The notes under the pieces were generated by a model. That model was not told where the DNA came from, ran no database searches, and was given only the letters and a program-made list of their open reading frames with translations. A stretch of 64,000 nucleotides of DNA, taken from contig VGSF01000002.1 of the NCBI GenBank assembly GCA_016875165.1, positions 33,033 through 97,032 of the forward strand, in the 5' to 3' direction. This document shows, one piece after another, positions 34,883 through 43,511 of this stretch. Positions within the stretch are counted from its first letter, which is position 1. Each line of letters starts with the position of its first letter. Source of the DNA: Deltaproteobacteria bacterium (GTDB lineage Bacteria; Desulfobacterota; SM23-61). A program made the position numbers and the translations under genes.

Positions 34883-35543
34883 ATGCAGACTATCCCCTCG
34901 GCATTACAGGCAAGGTTTGAAGATCATTTACGGAGCAAAAGCATTCCAGAATCTTTGTTATGGCACTTTAAGAAATGGCTTCGTTATTATTTGGACTAAG
35001 GGTGTCGGCAACGACGCAAAACCAGGCGTTCAATTCCCTGTTATTCTTTTACCGCCACGTTTTGCATAAGGAATTCGGCCAGGTTGAAGGCGTCGTCCGA
35101 GCAAAACGAAAACCTTATATCCCTTTGGGTCATTGAAAGTGCTGCATCAGAACGACTTGCATCGCGGGTATGCCGGTGTATTCCTGGTAAATGCCCTGGA
35201 GCAAAAATACAAAAATGCGGCCGGGGAGTTTATCTGGCAATGGTTTTTCCCGGCCAAGCAGTTGACCTTCGATAGCAACGCAGGAGAATATCGTCGCTAT
35301 CATCTGCACGAAACCCATGTGCAACACGCCATCAAACAAGCGGTGGGCAAGGCAAGAATAACCAAGCGGGCAACGGCCCATACTTTTCGTCACAGTTTTG
35401 CCAGCCACCTGCTCCAGGACAACTATGACATCCGGACGATCCAGGAATTACTGGGGCATAGCGATGTCCGGACCACAATGATTTACACGCATACCGTAAA
35501 GAGCGTCACCATAAAGGACGCCAGAAGTCCGCTGGATTTTTGA
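34883..35543 (+). pseudogene. intI: Integron integrase with two internal deletions and frame changes
   Basis: Three fragments in three frames. Fragment 1: MQTIPSALQARFEDHLRS...WLRYYLD*. Fragment 2: VSATTQNQALNSLLFFYRHVL...[10 protein letters not shown]. Fragment 3: [21 protein letters not shown]...[12 protein letters not shown]...[15 protein letters not shown]. The IntI-specific insertion (ALExKY..W.W.FP) is present, but the segment with the first catalytic Arg is missing. Confidence 0.8.
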
Positions 35544-35677
35544 TTCAATGAAGGTGTGTCATGGGTCTGTCATGGGGTCGAGCCATGCCAGGTATTTGAT
35601 ATGACATAAAATTATGCTATTTCTGCCAGTTAAAATGGGCCTATAATGAGTTTTTAGGAGGCAAGAAGGCAAAGCTT

Positions 35678-36015
35678 ATGGCAAGAGCAAAGCGGCATTA
35701 CATCCCGGGGTTTATCTGGCATATCACCCATCGTTGCCATGAACGGGAATTCCTCCCCAAATTTTCAAAGGATAGGCGTCGGTGGCTGCAGTGGTTGTAT
35801 AAAGCGAGGAAGCGATATGGTTTGACGATCTTGAACTATATGGCAACCTGCAATCACATCCACTTGCTTGTCGTTGATGATGGGGAAAAGGACATCATCC
35901 CCAATTCAACGCGATTAATGGCAAGACGAACTGGCCAGGAGTACAACTATGACGCGTGCCGGCGTGGTTAAACATCCGACGATGTGGCCATTTTGCGGTT
36001 AAAATGAGATCCAGG
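35678..36015 (+). pseudogene. Y1 (IS200/RAYT-like) transposase remnant with internal deletion
   Basis: MARAKRHYIPGFIWHITHRCHEREFL...CNHIHLLVV (HUH), then a jump to RAGVVKHP..WPF..NEIQ in another frame. Confidence 0.65.
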
Positions 36016-36068
36016 ATCACCGAAGGAAGAGCGTATTGATCGATTACGATAGACTACAAAGGTTGATG

Positions 36069-36226
36069 GTTTCGTAAAAAGTCCATCTGCCCCGCTATTA
36101 GCGGGATTGCGCCTCACTTTCGTCGTTGCGGCGCACCTAAAAGTACGCTACACTCCTCAGTCCCGCTCTGAGCGGGATTGCGCGCCTTGTCCCGCCTCGG
36201 CGAGAGAGCTTTTTACGAGATCAGCA
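36069..36226. repeat. MITE of the TTCGTAAAAAG...CTTTTTACGA family (variant interior)
   Basis: Ends ggtttcgtaaaaagtcc ... gagctttttacgagatcagcaa. Interior hairpins ccccgctattagcggg and tcccgctctgagcggga. Confidence 0.7.
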
Positions 36227-36441
36227 AGGTTGCTTTGATTGGAACACCCCAAAATTTCTTTATCTGAAGAAAGAGAGTAAACAGAATAGCTAACGCCTCG
36301 GATACAAAATCCATTCAATTTAGGCCAATAAAATTCTCTTTACCTTTTTCAAAATTTCAGTAAACTGGCAGAAGAATTCCTAAGTATGGCATCTCCCAAA
36401 GCTTTGATCTGTTTTACAGAACGGAAAGGAGGAACGGCATT

Positions 36442-38277
36442 ATGAAAGGACACACAGGAAAAATTCTGCGGGTGGACTTGAGCAAAGGACGCGTCGAAAC
36501 GGAAGCGTTGGATGAATTCCTGGCCAAAAAATTTATCGGCGGCAGCGGCCTGGGGGCAAAAATTTTGCACGATGAGACCGGGCCGGAGACCGACCCTCTC
36601 GGGCCTGAAAACCGGCTGATTTTTATGACCGGGCCTTTTGCGGCTACGCCGGTAATCACCTCCGGCCGGCACGCCGTGGTTACCAAGTCTCCTCTCACCG
36701 GAATTTTTGCGGAATCAGACTCGGGAGGAACATGGGGGGCTTTCCTCAAACGAGCTGGTTTCGACGGCATTGTGGTTTCGGGAAAATCCACAAAACCTGT
36801 TTACCTCTGGGTCTCGGACGGGAAGGCTGAAATTAGGGATGCCGCCCATCTCTGGGGCAAAGATACCTATGAATTGGACGGGCTCATCCGAAAAGCGACG
36901 AAAGATGAAGCGGTGGTAGCCTCCATCGGGCCGGCAGGAGAGAAGGGCGTCCGCTACGCCAGCATAATGAACGATGGCCAGGATGGGAGGGCTGCCGGGC
37001 GGGGCGGAACGGGCGCGGTCATGGGATCGAAGAACCTGAAGGCCATCGCCGTCCATGGCAGCCGGGAGATGGAGATTGCCGATCCCGAAGGCTTGCGGGC
37101 TTCGTTAAAGGAAATAAGTCCAATGGTGGCCAAGAACGCCGAGGGGATGCGCAAAAACGGGACTGCCGGGGGGGTGGCCACATTTGAAACCCTGGGCAGC
37201 CTCCCTTTGCAAAACTGGAAATATCAGGGGCGCTGGGAGCAGGGAGCGGCCAAAATCTCCGGGCCAACCATGACCGAAAAAATTCTTACCGGGATTTATC
37301 ATTGTGAGAAGTGCGTCATCGGCTGCGGGAGAAGAGTAAAAATCGACAAAGGCCCTTATGCCGGCGTGGAAGGCGCCGGGCCAGAGTATGAAACCATTGC
37401 TCTCCTCGGCAGTCTTTGTCTGGTGGATAATCTGGAAGCCATCGCCAAAGCCAATGAACTTTGCAATCGTTATGGAATGGATACCATATCCTGCGGGGCG
37501 GCCATTGCCTTTGCCATGGAAGCTTATGAAAAAGGGCTGATCACCACAAAGGATACCGGAGGGATTGAGCTTCTCTGGGGCCGGGGGGATGTGGTGGTGA
37601 ATCTGGTGGAGAAAATTGGCAAACGTGAGGGCCTGGGCCAGCTTTTGGGAGAGGGAGTACGCATCGCTGCCGAGAAGATTGGCAGAAACGCCGTGGAATA
37701 TTCCCTGCACGTGAAAGGTATGGAAATTCCCGGCCACGACCCCAGATGTTACAACGCCGGAGCAGTAAGCTACGCCACCTCCAACCGGGGCGCCTGCCAT
37801 CTGGCCGGGTTCAGCCATACATTTGAACGGGTGCTTTCCCTGCCGGAAATTGGGGTGGAGAAACCTCTGAACAGGCTGGAAGTGCAGGGGAAAGGAGAAT
37901 TAGCCGCCAAAACCCAGAATGTCATGGGCATGTTCGATTCCTTGAAGCTTTGCAAATTTATCCTTTTTGGGGGCGTAAAGCTTACGCCCATTACATCCTG
38001 GTACACCATGGTCACCGGCGTTCCGATGGATGTCGCCGAGTTTCTGAAAACGGGAGAGAGGATCTTTAACCTAAAGAGGCTCTACAACGTGCGTTGCGGC
38101 ATCAGCCGCAAAGATGATTTCCTGCCTGCTCGTTTTCTCACTTTGCAGCGGGAGGGTGAAGGCCTTACTCCCAACCTTCCTCCTCTTGGTGAGATACTCA
38201 GTCAATATTACCGGGTTAGAGGGTGGAGCGAGGAAGGCATCCCCCTGCCGGAAAAGTTGAAAGAATTAGGCCTTTAG
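36442..38277 (+). CDS. aor: Aldehyde:ferredoxin oxidoreductase (tungsten/molybdopterin AOR family)
   Basis: MKGHTGKILRVDLSKG...FIGGSGLGAKIL N-terminal domain, CEKCVIGCGR cluster ligands, EYETIALLGS. 611 aa. Confidence 0.9.
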   Translation: MKGHTGKILRVDLSKGRVETEALDEFLAKKFIGGSGLGAKILHDETGPETDPLGPENRLIFMTGPFAATPVITSGRHAVVTKSPLTGIFAESDSGGTWGAFLKRAGFDGIVVSGKSTKPVYLWVSDGKAEIRDAAHLWGKDTYELDGLIRKATKDEAVVASIGPAGEKGVRYASIMNDGQDGRAAGRGGTGAVMGSKNLKAIAVHGSREMEIADPEGLRASLKEISPMVAKNAEGMRKNGTAGGVATFETLGSLPLQNWKYQGRWEQGAAKISGPTMTEKILTGIYHCEKCVIGCGRRVKIDKGPYAGVEGAGPEYETIALLGSLCLVDNLEAIAKANELCNRYGMDTISCGAAIAFAMEAYEKGLITTKDTGGIELLWGRGDVVVNLVEKIGKREGLGQLLGEGVRIAAEKIGRNAVEYSLHVKGMEIPGHDPRCYNAGAVSYATSNRGACHLAGFSHTFERVLSLPEIGVEKPLNRLEVQGKGELAAKTQNVMGMFDSLKLCKFILFGGVKLTPITSWYTMVTGVPMDVAEFLKTGERIFNLKRLYNVRCGISRKDDFLPARFLTLQREGEGLTPNLPPLGEILSQYYRVRGWSEEGIPLPEKLKELGL

Positions 38278-38336
38278 AATTGAGGGGAAAAAGAGTTCGG
38301 AGTGATTTAATACGAGCGTGATAAATGTCTTTACAA

Positions 38337-38411
38337 GTCATTGCGAGCCCAAGGGGCGCGGCAATCTCATTCTTCATGGGATTGCTTCGTCGTTCCACTC
38401 CTCGCAATGAC
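38337..38411. repeat. Palindromic repeat gtcattgcgagc...ctcgcaatgac
   Basis: Long inverted repeat around an internal ggcaatc/gattgc hairpin. Related to the GTCATTCC family. Confidence 0.6.
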
Positions 38412-38487
38412 AGGTTATTTAATGCGTCGGTATTAATTCGGAGTTCGGAATTTAGGAGTTAAAATTTTTAACCTTAGAACTTAGAAC

Positions 38488-38751
38488 TTTTGTAACACTT
38501 TAGTTCTTTGAAGAAAGGTTTGTCGCCAGGGCCAAGGGATTCCAGGGCCCGGGGGCCAGGCCGGCCTGCTTGGAATCATAAGGCGCTGGTTTCTCCTTGG
38601 AGGAGGCGGGGAAAATACCCCCGCCTCCTCTGGAGGAAACGAGCTTTGATCCTCGGGGACAAGGGGCAACCCAACCGATGCTTCCGGCGCGGGGCGGCCT
38701 GGCCCCCGGGCCCAAACAGAGACGTTATCACCATTTTTCAAAACTCTAAAG
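38488..38751 (-). repeat. ~270-nt structured repeat family R2, copy A
   Basis: Aligns end to end with 42075-42346 (reverse complement). An 18-bp stem forms between GGGCCCGGGGGCCAGGCC (38545-38562) and GGCCTGGCCCCCGGGCCC (38696-38713). Confidence 0.8.
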
Positions 38752-38944
38752 TGAGCCTCTTGCAAAAGTATTTTTTTGTAGTTCGACAAGCTTGTCCTGA
38801 GCGAACCGTTCACCCTTCGAGAACCTCAGGGCGAACGGTGAGTCGAAGGGCTCACCACGAACGGAAAAACTAAATAATTTCAACTTAAGCCCGTTCACCC
38901 TGAGCCTGTCGAAGGGTAAATTACGGACTTTTGCATGAAGATCA
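38752..38944. repeat. MITE with TIR TGAGCCTCTTGCAAAAG...CTTTTGCATGAAGATCA (ttcgacaagc/ctgtcgaagg interior)
   Basis: Terminal inverted repeats. The interior motif also occurs at 54745-54810. Confidence 0.6.
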
Positions 38945-38967
38945 ACTGATACGAACTTTTTTAAAAA

Positions 38968-39004
38968 GGGCGGACTTTTAAAAAAAATAGTCCGCTTTTT
39001 TTTT
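38968..39004 (+). terminator. Intrinsic terminator-like hairpin (possibly bidirectional)
   Basis: gggcggact-loop-agtccgc followed by T9, with an A-run on the left side. Confidence 0.5.
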
Positions 39005-39055
39005 ATGGTCAATTCCATTGAGAAAATGGCCGAGGTTGGGTAAAATATTATCATA

Positions 39056-39892
39056 ATGGGCAAATCGAAGAGGAAGAAACAACGCAGAAAAAAAAATAAT
39101 CGCAGGTTGACTTTAATAATCATTCCGGCCCTCCTTATCCTATGTCTGGTCTTTTTTTTCACGCTGAAGCCGCCAGTGCCTGAAAAACCTGAAAATAAGG
39201 GCGTGCGGTTGCCCATGCCGGGGATTTCGACTCCCATGCTGGCCTTGATCATAGACGATGGCGGGTATAATATGGAATATTTCGAAAATATGCTGGGGAT
39301 GGGTAAACGGATGACCTTTGCCATCCTGCCCGATATCCCACATACCCGGGAGGCCGCTCTAAAGGCCTATGAGGATGGCGCCGAGGTCATGCTCCACTTG
39401 CCTATGGAACCTAAAGAAGGCGAGAAGTACTCCCTGGAGAAGGAAACCGTGCGCACCGGCATGGATCCTATGAAGATACAGAAAATAGTGAAGGGCGCCC
39501 TGAACCAGATTCCCCATGTGCGGGGAGTCAATAATCACATGGGCTCTAAAGCCACTGAAGACCCGCAGGTGATGGGATCTCTGATGGAGGTTTTGAAGAA
39601 AGAGGGGCTTTATTTCATCGATAGCAACACCAGTCCCCATACAATTGGCCCGGAGATGGCTCACCGGGCAGGGATTGCCGTAGGCCGCAACGACCAGTTC
39701 ATAGATAATGAAAAAAATATCAAGGCGATAAAAGAAGCAATTCGTTTGGCCATAAGGAAAGCCAAACAGGAGGGAAAAGCAGTAGCCATCGGCCATCCCC
39801 ATCCATTGACCGCCCAGGCCATTAAAGATATGATCCCGGAGATCGAAAAGGAAGGAATCAGGCTGGTTTTCGCCTCTGAGGTTGTGAGATGA
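39056..39892 (+). CDS. Divergent polysaccharide deacetylase (YibQ family)
   Basis: Lys/Arg-rich N-terminus with a TM segment, ALIIDDGGYN and NNHMGS motifs. Confidence 0.75.
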   Translation: MGKSKRKKQRRKKNNRRLTLIIIPALLILCLVFFFTLKPPVPEKPENKGVRLPMPGISTPMLALIIDDGGYNMEYFENMLGMGKRMTFAILPDIPHTREAALKAYEDGAEVMLHLPMEPKEGEKYSLEKETVRTGMDPMKIQKIVKGALNQIPHVRGVNNHMGSKATEDPQVMGSLMEVLKKEGLYFIDSNTSPHTIGPEMAHRAGIAVGRNDQFIDNEKNIKAIKEAIRLAIRKAKQEGKAVAIGHPHPLTAQAIKDMIPEIEKEGIRLVFASEVVR

Positions 39893-41085
39893 AGAAATGG
39901 TTTTTTGTCCCGATTATTTTGCTGAGCGCCTTTTGTATATTGGGTGAATTATCGACAGGGGAAGCTTCGGCTGTTTTTCGGCTATTAGAAATCCGTCATT
40001 GGTCCGCTCCCGATCATACCAGAGTGGTCATCGACCTGACCGGTCCCCCTGTTTACGATATCCCTCAGCCGGAAAATCCACTGATCATGACCTTGAAATT
40101 TTCGAGGATTATTCTGCCGAAAGGTAAGGGGGAGATTTCCGTCAATGACCGGGTGATCCAGAAGATCAGGGTAAATCCATGGGGAAAAGAAGGGGCGGAA
40201 GTTGCTTTATTTTTGGTTAAACCGGCGCAGTGGAAAGTTTTCAGCCTGAAACCTTACCAGGACAAACCCGAACGGCTGGTCATCGACATCTTCAGGCCGG
40301 ATTTGGAAGAAAAGGAGAAAGTGGAAAAGCAGATCAGCCAGGCGTTGAAAGCCAAAAGGAAGAAGATTATCGTTCTCGATCCTGGACACGGCGGCGAGGA
40401 CCCGGGAGCAATCGGCCCCCGAGGAACCCGTGAAAAAGATATAGTTTTGAATTTAGCCAGAAAGTTACAGAAATCTTTGGATGAAAGCGGCGAAGTTCGG
40501 GCCTTCCTGACTCGCCGGGGTGATTATTTCGTTCCGCTGAATAAAAGAATTAAGATCGCCCAGGAATATGGAGCGGATCTTTTTGTCAGTTTGCATACCA
40601 ATGGAAGCCCGAAACGCCAAACCCGCGGCACATCTGTTTATTGCCTGTCGCTCAAAGGAGCCACCGATAAAGCAACCCAACTCTTGGCCCAGAAGGAGAA
40701 CGCCTCGGATATGATAGGGGGAATTTCTCTTGCCGCGGAGCAAAAAGACCTGGATTCGATTCTGCTGGATTTGGAGATGACTCATACCATAAATGAAAGC
40801 CTCCAGTTAGGAGGGTTGATGCTCAAAGAGTTGAGCCGCATCAATCAAATTCAATTTTCCCAACCGCTACAAGCTGGTTTTGCGGTTCTGAAAGCGCCCA
40901 GCTTTCCATCGGTGCTGGTAGAGACAGCCTACATCACCCATCCGCTTGAAGAGAAGTTGTTAAAGAAAGAGAGCTTTCAGATGGACTTAACCAAGGCCAT
41001 CTTCAGCGCTGTGAAAAAATTTATTCCCCTAATCGTGGTGAAGGAAGAAGGGACCAGAACGGGAGTGTTTAAAGAAAAGGGATAA
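39889..41085 (+). CDS. amiC: N-acetylmuramoyl-L-alanine amidase (AMIN domain plus Amidase_3)
   Basis: Signal peptide, AMIN-like LLEIRHWSAPDHTRVVIDL, and VLDPGHGGEDPGA...SLHTNG...ETAYITH. Confidence 0.85.
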   Translation: MKKWFFVPIILLSAFCILGELSTGEASAVFRLLEIRHWSAPDHTRVVIDLTGPPVYDIPQPENPLIMTLKFSRIILPKGKGEISVNDRVIQKIRVNPWGKEGAEVALFLVKPAQWKVFSLKPYQDKPERLVIDIFRPDLEEKEKVEKQISQALKAKRKKIIVLDPGHGGEDPGAIGPRGTREKDIVLNLARKLQKSLDESGEVRAFLTRRGDYFVPLNKRIKIAQEYGADLFVSLHTNGSPKRQTRGTSVYCLSLKGATDKATQLLAQKENASDMIGGISLAAEQKDLDSILLDLEMTHTINESLQLGGLMLKELSRINQIQFSQPLQAGFAVLKAPSFPSVLVETAYITHPLEEKLLKKESFQMDLTKAIFSAVKKFIPLIVVKEEGTRTGVFKEKG

Positions 41086-41093
41086 AAGATGAA

Positions 41094-41268
41094 TTCGTAA
41101 AAAGTCTGAAAATGCGTCTTTCTGTCATTCCGGCGAACCCCGGATCGGGTCCGGGGCAGGCGCCGGAATCCAGTTCTTTCAAATAGTTATAAATTCTCTG
41201 GACTCCGGTTTTCACCTGTCTGCCAGGCACAGGCAGGCCGGAATGACGGCTTTTTACGAGATCATCAA
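41094..41268. repeat. MITE, TTCGTAAAAAG...CTTTTTACGAGATCATCAA family
   Basis: Terminal inverted repeats. The interior has gtcattccggcg...ccggaatgac around nested hairpins. Confidence 0.75.
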
Positions 41269-41294
41269 AAACAAGGGAAGAAGGGGAGAAAGCC

Positions 41295-41972
41295 ATGGAG
41301 AAGGTGTTGCAGCCGGAATGCGCAAAGTGTAACGTCGAGATTAGACTTTGCCGGTCTAAGGAGGGGACCGGGCCGCAATTTTGCCCGACCAGGACCAAAG
41401 AGAAGGAACTGCAAACGGCTTTGGAGAAATACAAAGACCAGAATACCATGCGCTTTGCCAAAGCCGCTTCCCTGCAGGAAGCTGAATGTTACGTGCGCCG
41501 GGATGAGAAGCCCTTTGTCATGAGGCCGACGAAAACGCGCGTGGAGGAGATCATAGAGTTTGCCCATAAAATGAATTATCGGAAATTGGGGGTGGGGTTC
41601 TGCGCCGGCCTGTTTTCCGAAGGAAACACCTTCGTGCGCATCCTGGAGAAACATGGATTTGAGGTCGTTTCCGTCTGTTGCAAAGTGGGCGGAGTTCCCA
41701 AGGAATTCCTGGGCCTGGGGGATGATGAGAAGGTGAGAGTGGGAACATACGAGACCATGTGCAACCCCATTACCCAGGCGGAGATTCTGAACGAAGCTGG
41801 GACTGATTTTAACATTCTGGTGGGGCTTTGCGTGGGCCACGACGCCCTTCTCCTGAAGCACGCCAGGGCTTTAACCACGGTCCTGGTGGTCAAAGACCGG
41901 GTTTTAGGACATAATCCGATGGCTGCCCTTTACGGGGTAAAGGGGTATTTCCAGCGCCTGATGAATCCGTAA
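41295..41972 (+). CDS. DUF1847-family metal-binding protein
   Basis: N-terminal CAKCNVEIRLCRS...FCPT Cys cluster and a GLCVGHD motif recalled for DUF1847. Confidence 0.55.
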   Translation: MEKVLQPECAKCNVEIRLCRSKEGTGPQFCPTRTKEKELQTALEKYKDQNTMRFAKAASLQEAECYVRRDEKPFVMRPTKTRVEEIIEFAHKMNYRKLGVGFCAGLFSEGNTFVRILEKHGFEVVSVCCKVGGVPKEFLGLGDDEKVRVGTYETMCNPITQAEILNEAGTDFNILVGLCVGHDALLLKHARALTTVLVVKDRVLGHNPMAALYGVKGYFQRLMNP

Positions 41973-42074
41973 AAAAATACTCACCGCAGAGATCGCAGAG
42001 CGCGCAGAGGTAAAATTGGATCAAAAAAGCTAAAATAAATTTTAGAATCTGATGGCATTACAATTTTGGATCAA

Positions 42075-42346
42075 TTTAGCGGTTTGAAAAAGTGGTTTTA
42101 CCACCTTTGTTGAGGTCCGGGGGCCTGGGTGGAACGCGCCGGAAGCATCGGCTGGGTTCCCGCTTGGCCACGAAGAACCACGCTCGTTTCCGTCGGAGGA
42201 GGGGGGGGGCGTTTTCCCCGCCCCACCCGCGAAGAGATCAACGCCTTATGATTCCAATCCCGCCATGGCGGGACCAGGCCCCCGGACCATGGATTCCCTC
42301 TGACCTTACGCCTCACCTCTTTTCAAAGGGCTAAAGTGTTACAAAA
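42075..42346 (+). repeat. ~270-nt structured repeat family R2, copy C
   Basis: A perfect 15-bp stem forms between GGTCCGGGGGCCTGG (42114-42128) and CCAGGCCCCCGGACC (42274-42288). Conserved core cgcgccggaagcatcgg.tgggtt and cgccttatgattccaa; 3' end ctaaagtgttacaaaa. Confidence 0.8.
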
Positions 42347-42456
42347 TTTTGGATTATGGTTTGGACACTTGATATTCGAATCTTGATTATGTTTCTCTCT
42401 GCGTTCAGAGCGTACTCCGCGGTTAAAGAATTTAACGAAGAAGTGAAGGGAGGCTT

Positions 42457-43146
42457 GTGAAAGATTTGCGCTTTGAAAAGGCCATGATTATTTTTGCCCA
42501 TCCGGATGACGCTGAAGTCCAGTGCGCCGGAACAATCGCCCTCTGGATCGAGGCTGGCGTCAAAGTGACCTATGTAGTTTTAACCAAGGGAGATAAGGGG
42601 ACGCAGGATCCGGCGATGACCGGAGAAGCCCTGGCCAGGCTTCGCCGGGAAGAGCAGCTTCGGGCGGCCGAAGTGCTGGGAGTGGAAAAAGTTCTTTTCC
42701 TGGATAACGGAGACGGCGAGCTGGAGGTGACCATGGAAAAGCGCAGGTCCTTGACTAGGATAATCCGGGAGTATCAGCCGGAAGTTCTGGTTACCCATGA
42801 TCCCTGGATGCGTTATCAGTTGCATCCGGATCACCGGGCCTGTGGGACTTTAGCGCTGGACGCCATGATTTCTTCCCGGGATCGACTCTATTTTTCAGAG
42901 CAGATCGACCAGGGGCTGAAGCCCTGCCGGATTCGCCGAGTTCTGCTCTTTGCTTCGGATCAGCCTGATTTCTGGGTGGACATTGGGTCAACTTTGGATA
43001 AGAAGATGAGAGCCCTGGGGCAGCATCAGAGTCAGGTGACCCAGTGGCCTAAATGGGAAGAATGGTTGCGGAAGAGGACGGAAAATGCCGGCGCTTCCCA
43101 GGGAATTAAATTAGCTGAGCCTTTTAAACGGCTGGTGTTAGGCTGA
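42457..43146 (+). CDS. PIG-L/LmbE-family deacetylase
   Basis: AHPDDAE motif and HPDH. GTG start. Confidence 0.75.
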   Translation: MKDLRFEKAMIIFAHPDDAEVQCAGTIALWIEAGVKVTYVVLTKGDKGTQDPAMTGEALARLRREEQLRAAEVLGVEKVLFLDNGDGELEVTMEKRRSLTRIIREYQPEVLVTHDPWMRYQLHPDHRACGTLALDAMISSRDRLYFSEQIDQGLKPCRIRRVLLFASDQPDFWVDIGSTLDKKMRALGQHQSQVTQWPKWEEWLRKRTENAGASQGIKLAEPFKRLVLG

Positions 43147-43213
43147 TGGCCAAGTGGTGATTTAAGGCCGCACTCTACCCGGTGTTTTCAATCTGCAATC
43201 TTCAATTATTGAA

Positions 43214-43347
43214 CTTCGCATAAATAATGGAACGCTGTGCCGCACTTAAATTGCCCCACTCACCTTTCTCCTCTCCCCCCAAAAGGGGGGAGAGGGCGGG
43301 GTGAGGGGGGAATAGTAGAACGGATGAAGCTCCATTACTTTTGCGAA
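43214..43347. repeat. MITE with TIR CTTCGCATAAATAATGGAAC and a G/C palindrome interior
   Basis: cttcgcataaataatggaac ... gctccattacttttgcgaa. Interior ccactcacctttctcctctcccc...ggggagagggcggggtgagggg. Confidence 0.65.
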
Positions 43348-43511
43348 ACTCAATAAAGAAGGTGGATGTTATGAACAAGGAAGAATTGGAAAAAGGTAAT
43401 TCCGGAATGATCGAAATATTGCCAATGGCCCCCGCAGGGGAAACCTGCTGACCCTCGAGCCTCCCGGCTCAGTTGAGCCGGCCATGACTGGATCAGCCCT
43501 TTGTTGTAGGC

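Larger units (their letters stand above)
30250..35543. mobile_element. Integron (chromosomal type): decayed intI plus minus-strand cassette array
   Basis: The intI-like pseudogene diverges from co-oriented small ORF blocks. Each block is bracketed by block-specific inverted 7-9-mers abutting attC-like repeats (details in findings). Confidence 0.75.

Noticed and set aside
38481-38813. Arg/Pro-rich ORFs predicted across the ~270-nt repeat copies (also 42092-42334 and 56750-56959).
   Set aside because: The shared peptide segments (for example SPPHPRRNQRLMIP) are in frame in only part of each copy. Indels between copies are not multiples of three and the N-terminal parts use different frames. 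The similarity is therefore at the nucleotide level and the element is non-coding.
39545-39560. GCCACTG, a B12-box-like heptamer that might indicate a cobalamin riboswitch.
   Set aside because: It lies inside the YibQ-family coding sequence, with none of the surrounding riboswitch helices. It is a chance match.
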